Positions 33,720 through 36,422 of a stretch of DNA of 36,422 nt are shown one piece after another. The DNA lies in the IMG/VR virus record IMGVR_UViG_3300022741_000068, positions 1-36,422 of that record; one strand, given 5' to 3'. The notes beneath the pieces were generated by a model. The model ran no database searches and was not told the origin of the DNA. It was given only the letters and a program-made list of their open reading frames with translations. The position numbers and the translations under genes are program-made. This stretch comes from a virus (Duplodnaviria; Caudoviricetes). Position 1 is the stretch's first letter; the number at the start of each line of letters is the position of its first letter.

Positions 33720-34334
33720 ATGGACACCGCAATTCCGGCTGGATACTGGCGAGACGGGGAAGGCAGGCTGATCCCCGAGAACATGGTGAAGCCGATTGAT
33801 AAGGCGCGTGACGACCTGGTGCGCGAGTTGGTTGGCAAAGCCAAGGCGGCGTCGGCGGTCCTGGCCGAATTCAAGGCCAAGGCGTTCGGCGATGTTGGCG
33901 CGTTTGTCGAGATGAGCGGCGAGCAGTACGGCGTGAAGCTGGGCGGCCTGAAGGGCAATGTGACGCTGCTGTCGTTCGATGGCCGCTTCAAGGTTGTCCG
34001 CCAGATTCAGGAGCACCTGGTTTTCGATGAGCGCCTGCAGGCGGCCAAGCAACTGATCGACGAGTGCATACAGACCTGGACCGAGGGCAGCCGCGATGAG
34101 ATCAAGGCACTGATCAACGATGCCTTCCAGGTGAACAAGGAAGGAAAGATCAATACCTCCCGTGTGCTGGGTCTGAAGCGCTTGAACATCAAGGACGAGA
34201 AGTGGCTGCGCGCCATGCAGGCGATAGCTGACAGCGTCCAGGTGGCCGGCAGCAAGCCTTATATCCGCATCTACGAGCGGGTCGGAGACACCGACCAGTA
34301 CCAGCCTATCAGCCTCGACGTGGCTGCGGTTTAA
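33720..34334 (+). CDS. DUF3164-family protein
   Basis: GYWRDGEGRLIP, GGLKGNVTLLSFDG, FDERLQAAKQLIDEC, SKPYIRIYER motifs. Confidence 0.88.
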   Translation: MDTAIPAGYWRDGEGRLIPENMVKPIDKARDDLVRELVGKAKAASAVLAEFKAKAFGDVGAFVEMSGEQYGVKLGGLKGNVTLLSFDGRFKVVRQIQEHLVFDERLQAAKQLIDECIQTWTEGSRDEIKALINDAFQVNKEGKINTSRVLGLKRLNIKDEKWLRAMQAIADSVQVAGSKPYIRIYERVGDTDQYQPISLDVAAV

Positions 34335-34396
34335 CCCTCGCCTCAAGCCGCTCGCCCACGCAGGCGGCTTCGGGAGATGGTTTGACGGAGAAGAGG

Positions 34397-35089
34397 ATGA
34401 ACGACCGCAACAGGATTCTGGACAAGATCAAGAAGTGCCTGGCTCTGTCGGCCAGCAGCAATGAGCACGAAGCAGAGGCGGCCTTGCGCCAGGCACGCAA
34501 GTTGATGGAAGAGCACGGCGTCACCGATTTGGACATCCAGGCCGCTGAGGCCGAAGAGTGCCGGGCCAGGGCAGGGGCCGCCCGCTACCCCTCCAACTGG
34601 GAAACGATGCTGGCCTGCAAGGTGGGCGATGCCTTCGGCTGCCGGACGATCTTCTCCGGCGGGTGGATGGGGGAATGGACCTATATCGGTTGCGGGGCGG
34701 CGCCCGAGGTGGCGCAGTACGCCTTGACTGTGCTGCTGCGCCAAGCGCAGCGTGCGCGCAGCGAATACATCAAGAGCCGGCTCAAGCGCTGTAAGACCAC
34801 CACGAAGACGCGCCGCGCTGATCTCTTCAGTGAAGGATGGGTGCGGGCGGTGGTGGCCACCATCGCTGCCTTTGCCGGTACCGAGCAGCAGGGCGCGGCC
34901 ATCGACGCCTACGTGGCCAAGAACTACCCGAGCCTGCGTGATCTGAACGCCCGCGACCGCAACGATGGCCGCAAGCTCCGCGACCACGAATACGACGACT
35001 ACTTCTCCGGTAGTCGGTCCAGGCGCGACGCGCAACTGAATCGCGGCGTGGACGGTACGGCGCCGTTGTCGATGCTGGAGGGCTGCTGA
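34397..35089 (+). CDS. DUF2786-domain protein
   Basis: ILDKIKKCLALSASSNEHEAEAALRQARKLMEEHG. Confidence 0.85.
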   Translation: MNDRNRILDKIKKCLALSASSNEHEAEAALRQARKLMEEHGVTDLDIQAAEAEECRARAGAARYPSNWETMLACKVGDAFGCRTIFSGGWMGEWTYIGCGAAPEVAQYALTVLLRQAQRARSEYIKSRLKRCKTTTKTRRADLFSEGWVRAVVATIAAFAGTEQQGAAIDAYVAKNYPSLRDLNARDRNDGRKLRDHEYDDYFSGSRSRRDAQLNRGVDGTAPLSMLEGC

Positions 35090-35090
35090 C

Positions 35091-35402
35091 ATGCCCGAAC
35101 TGGAAGAACGCTACGTTGTGCTCAAGATCGCCGACATCGGCGCGTACCTCACGAACGACGAACAGCGCTCGCTCAACGATCTGTTTCGGAAGATTAACCG
35201 CCATCGCTTGATGGAGGAGCGGGGAGTCTTGAAGTGCATCGTGTTCGAGCGCGACTGGCCGGAATACAAACCGGCGTTGGCCGCGCTCACGGAGCGGGTG
35301 CGCCAAGAGCAATGCGAGCACACGTGGCAGTGGCATCAGATCGCAGGCGAAGGCCAGATTTGCACGAAGTGCTACGCAAGAAACTTCGATTGCGACTTCT
35401 AG
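35091..35402 (+). CDS. Hypothetical protein with C-terminal CxH...CxxC
   Basis: SD GGAGG; ERYVVLK and DWPEY motifs; CEH...CTKC. Confidence 0.72.
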   Translation: MPELEERYVVLKIADIGAYLTNDEQRSLNDLFRKINRHRLMEERGVLKCIVFERDWPEYKPALAALTERVRQEQCEHTWQWHQIAGEGQICTKCYARNFDCDF

Positions 35403-35406
35403 GGGA

Positions 35407-36036
35407 GTGACGACCGTGACATCCGCTACCTTCGCAGCCGCACGCGCGCAACAGCGCCAGCGCTTGATCCGCCTGATCCACGTCGGCCGCAACGAACTGC
35501 AGTTGGACGACGACACGTACCGCGGCATCTTGCAGCGGATTGGAAAGAAGGCGTCGTCAGCCGACCTCACCGTTCCAGAATTGGAGAAGGTTTTGGAACA
35601 CCTGAAGCGTAGTGGCTTCAAGGTGCGCTCCAAGGTCATGCCAGCCAAGGCAAAGCCCTCATGGCCTCTCGCGCAGGACCCGGAGAGCAAGAAGATTCGT
35701 GCTCTTTGATTGTTCCTGCACGAGCTGGGGGCAGTCAAGAACCCCGCCGAGGAAGCACTAGCCGCCTACGTCAAGCGCATCGCGGGCGTGGACGCGCTTC
35801 AGTGGATCAACGGCGAGCAGGCCGAACGCCTGATCGAGACCATGAAGAAGTGGGCTATGCGCTTTCTGCCGCAGGCCGTGAAGGCGATGGTGCCGCAGGT
35901 TGCCGCCGAACAGCTATCCGATCTTGAGCGCGCTCAGCTTAACGCTGCGCTGAATACGGCGTTTGCGCGCATGACGTATGACCCGATGTGTGCCGCCTGG
36001 GAGCACTTGAACGAGGTTTTGAAAAGGGGGAGATGA
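35407..36036 (+). pseudogene. gemA: GemA/gp16 (DUF1018) gene split by an in-frame TGA at 35707-35709
   Basis: LIRLIHVG..L.LDDDTYR..L and KKIRAL*LFLHELG..EEALAAYVKR..LIETMKKW all read in one frame. Confidence 0.82.
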
Positions 36037-36038
36037 AC

Positions 36039-36422
36039 ATGGCCGACGTTGGCTTCCAAGACAGCCGCCTGGAAGGCGAATTCAAGAGCAAGGGGCCGGA
36101 ACTGCTGGTCGATCTGGCCGAGCAGTGTGCGCAGGCGCTGAAAGAGAGTGCTGCCCTGGACGACGACAAGGCCGCTCAGGTCGGGCGCGAGATCGCCGAT
36201 CGCATGGCGGCCCACTGGGGTGGCCAGAACATCTATTTCCCGATGGGCCTGTCCTATAAGCTCTCGCAACGCGATCGCAGAATATTCGACGACTTCACCG
36301 GCGCCAACCATAGTGAGCTGGCCAGGAAATACCGCGTCTCCCTCCAGTGGATTTACAAGATCGTGAAGGCGGTGCGCCAGGAGGAGATCGCGCGGCGCCA
36401 GGGTGACATGTTCGCCGAATGA
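36039..36422 (+). CDS. mor: Mor/C-family transcription activator
   Basis: WGGQNIYFP, RDRRIFDDFTG.NHSELARKYRVSLQWIYKIV motifs; SD GGGGAG. Confidence 0.92.
   Translation: MADVGFQDSRLEGEFKSKGPELLVDLAEQCAQALKESAALDDDKAAQVGREIADRMAAHWGGQNIYFPMGLSYKLSQRDRRIFDDFTGANHSELARKYRVSLQWIYKIVKAVRQEEIARRQGDMFAE

Larger units (their letters stand above)
1..36422. mobile_element. Mu-like transposable (pro)phage, BcepMu/B3-type divergent layout, contractile P2-like tail
   Basis: DDE transposase, AAA ATPase, GemA, Mor, Mu gp27/28/29/F/G/I-like head genes, sheath/tube/baseplate genes. Window starts and ends on stop codons, so termini are not included. Confidence 0.97.

Noticed and set aside
35707-35709. Genome-wide TGA recoding
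   Set aside because: TGA is the normal stop for many genes here, often in ATGA overlaps, and Trp is encoded by TGG elsewhere.
1-36422. CRISPR array, diversity-generating retroelement, invertase system, att ends
   Set aside because: No spaced direct-repeat array, reverse transcriptase, recombinase or terminal transposase-binding repeats seen; the ends lie outside the window.

Overview
The whole window is one transposable (Mu-like) phage or prophage, trimmed to its first and last genes, so no att ends or host flanks are visible. Its layout is the B3/BcepMu type. A central immunity region (repressor, Ner-like gene, operator) separates a + strand early arm (27.4-36.4 kb) from a - strand late arm (25.6 kb to 1). 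The early arm carries regulators, a DDE transposase, a transposition ATPase, DUF3164, DUF2786, a nonsense-interrupted gemA and a Mor-family activator. The late arm carries lysis genes, a Mu-type head, a P2-type contractile tail, tail fibre and chaperone, and an adenine methyltransferase where Mu has mom. Main observations: (1) an Acb2-like anti-CBASS cyclic-nucleotide sponge inside the head operon; (2) four late promoters with identical geometry, three apparently leaderless, each overlapped by a hairpin that would hide the start site only in read-through mRNA; (3) a tail-chaperone extension in the +1 frame with a CC_UUU_CG candidate shift site; (4) a structured SymR-like antisense RNA over the methyltransferase leader; (5) sliding-clamp-like motifs on two early regulators; (6) [E/D]RR repeats on the Ner-like protein; (7) four morons. 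All family assignments come from motif recognition and synteny, not from database searches.
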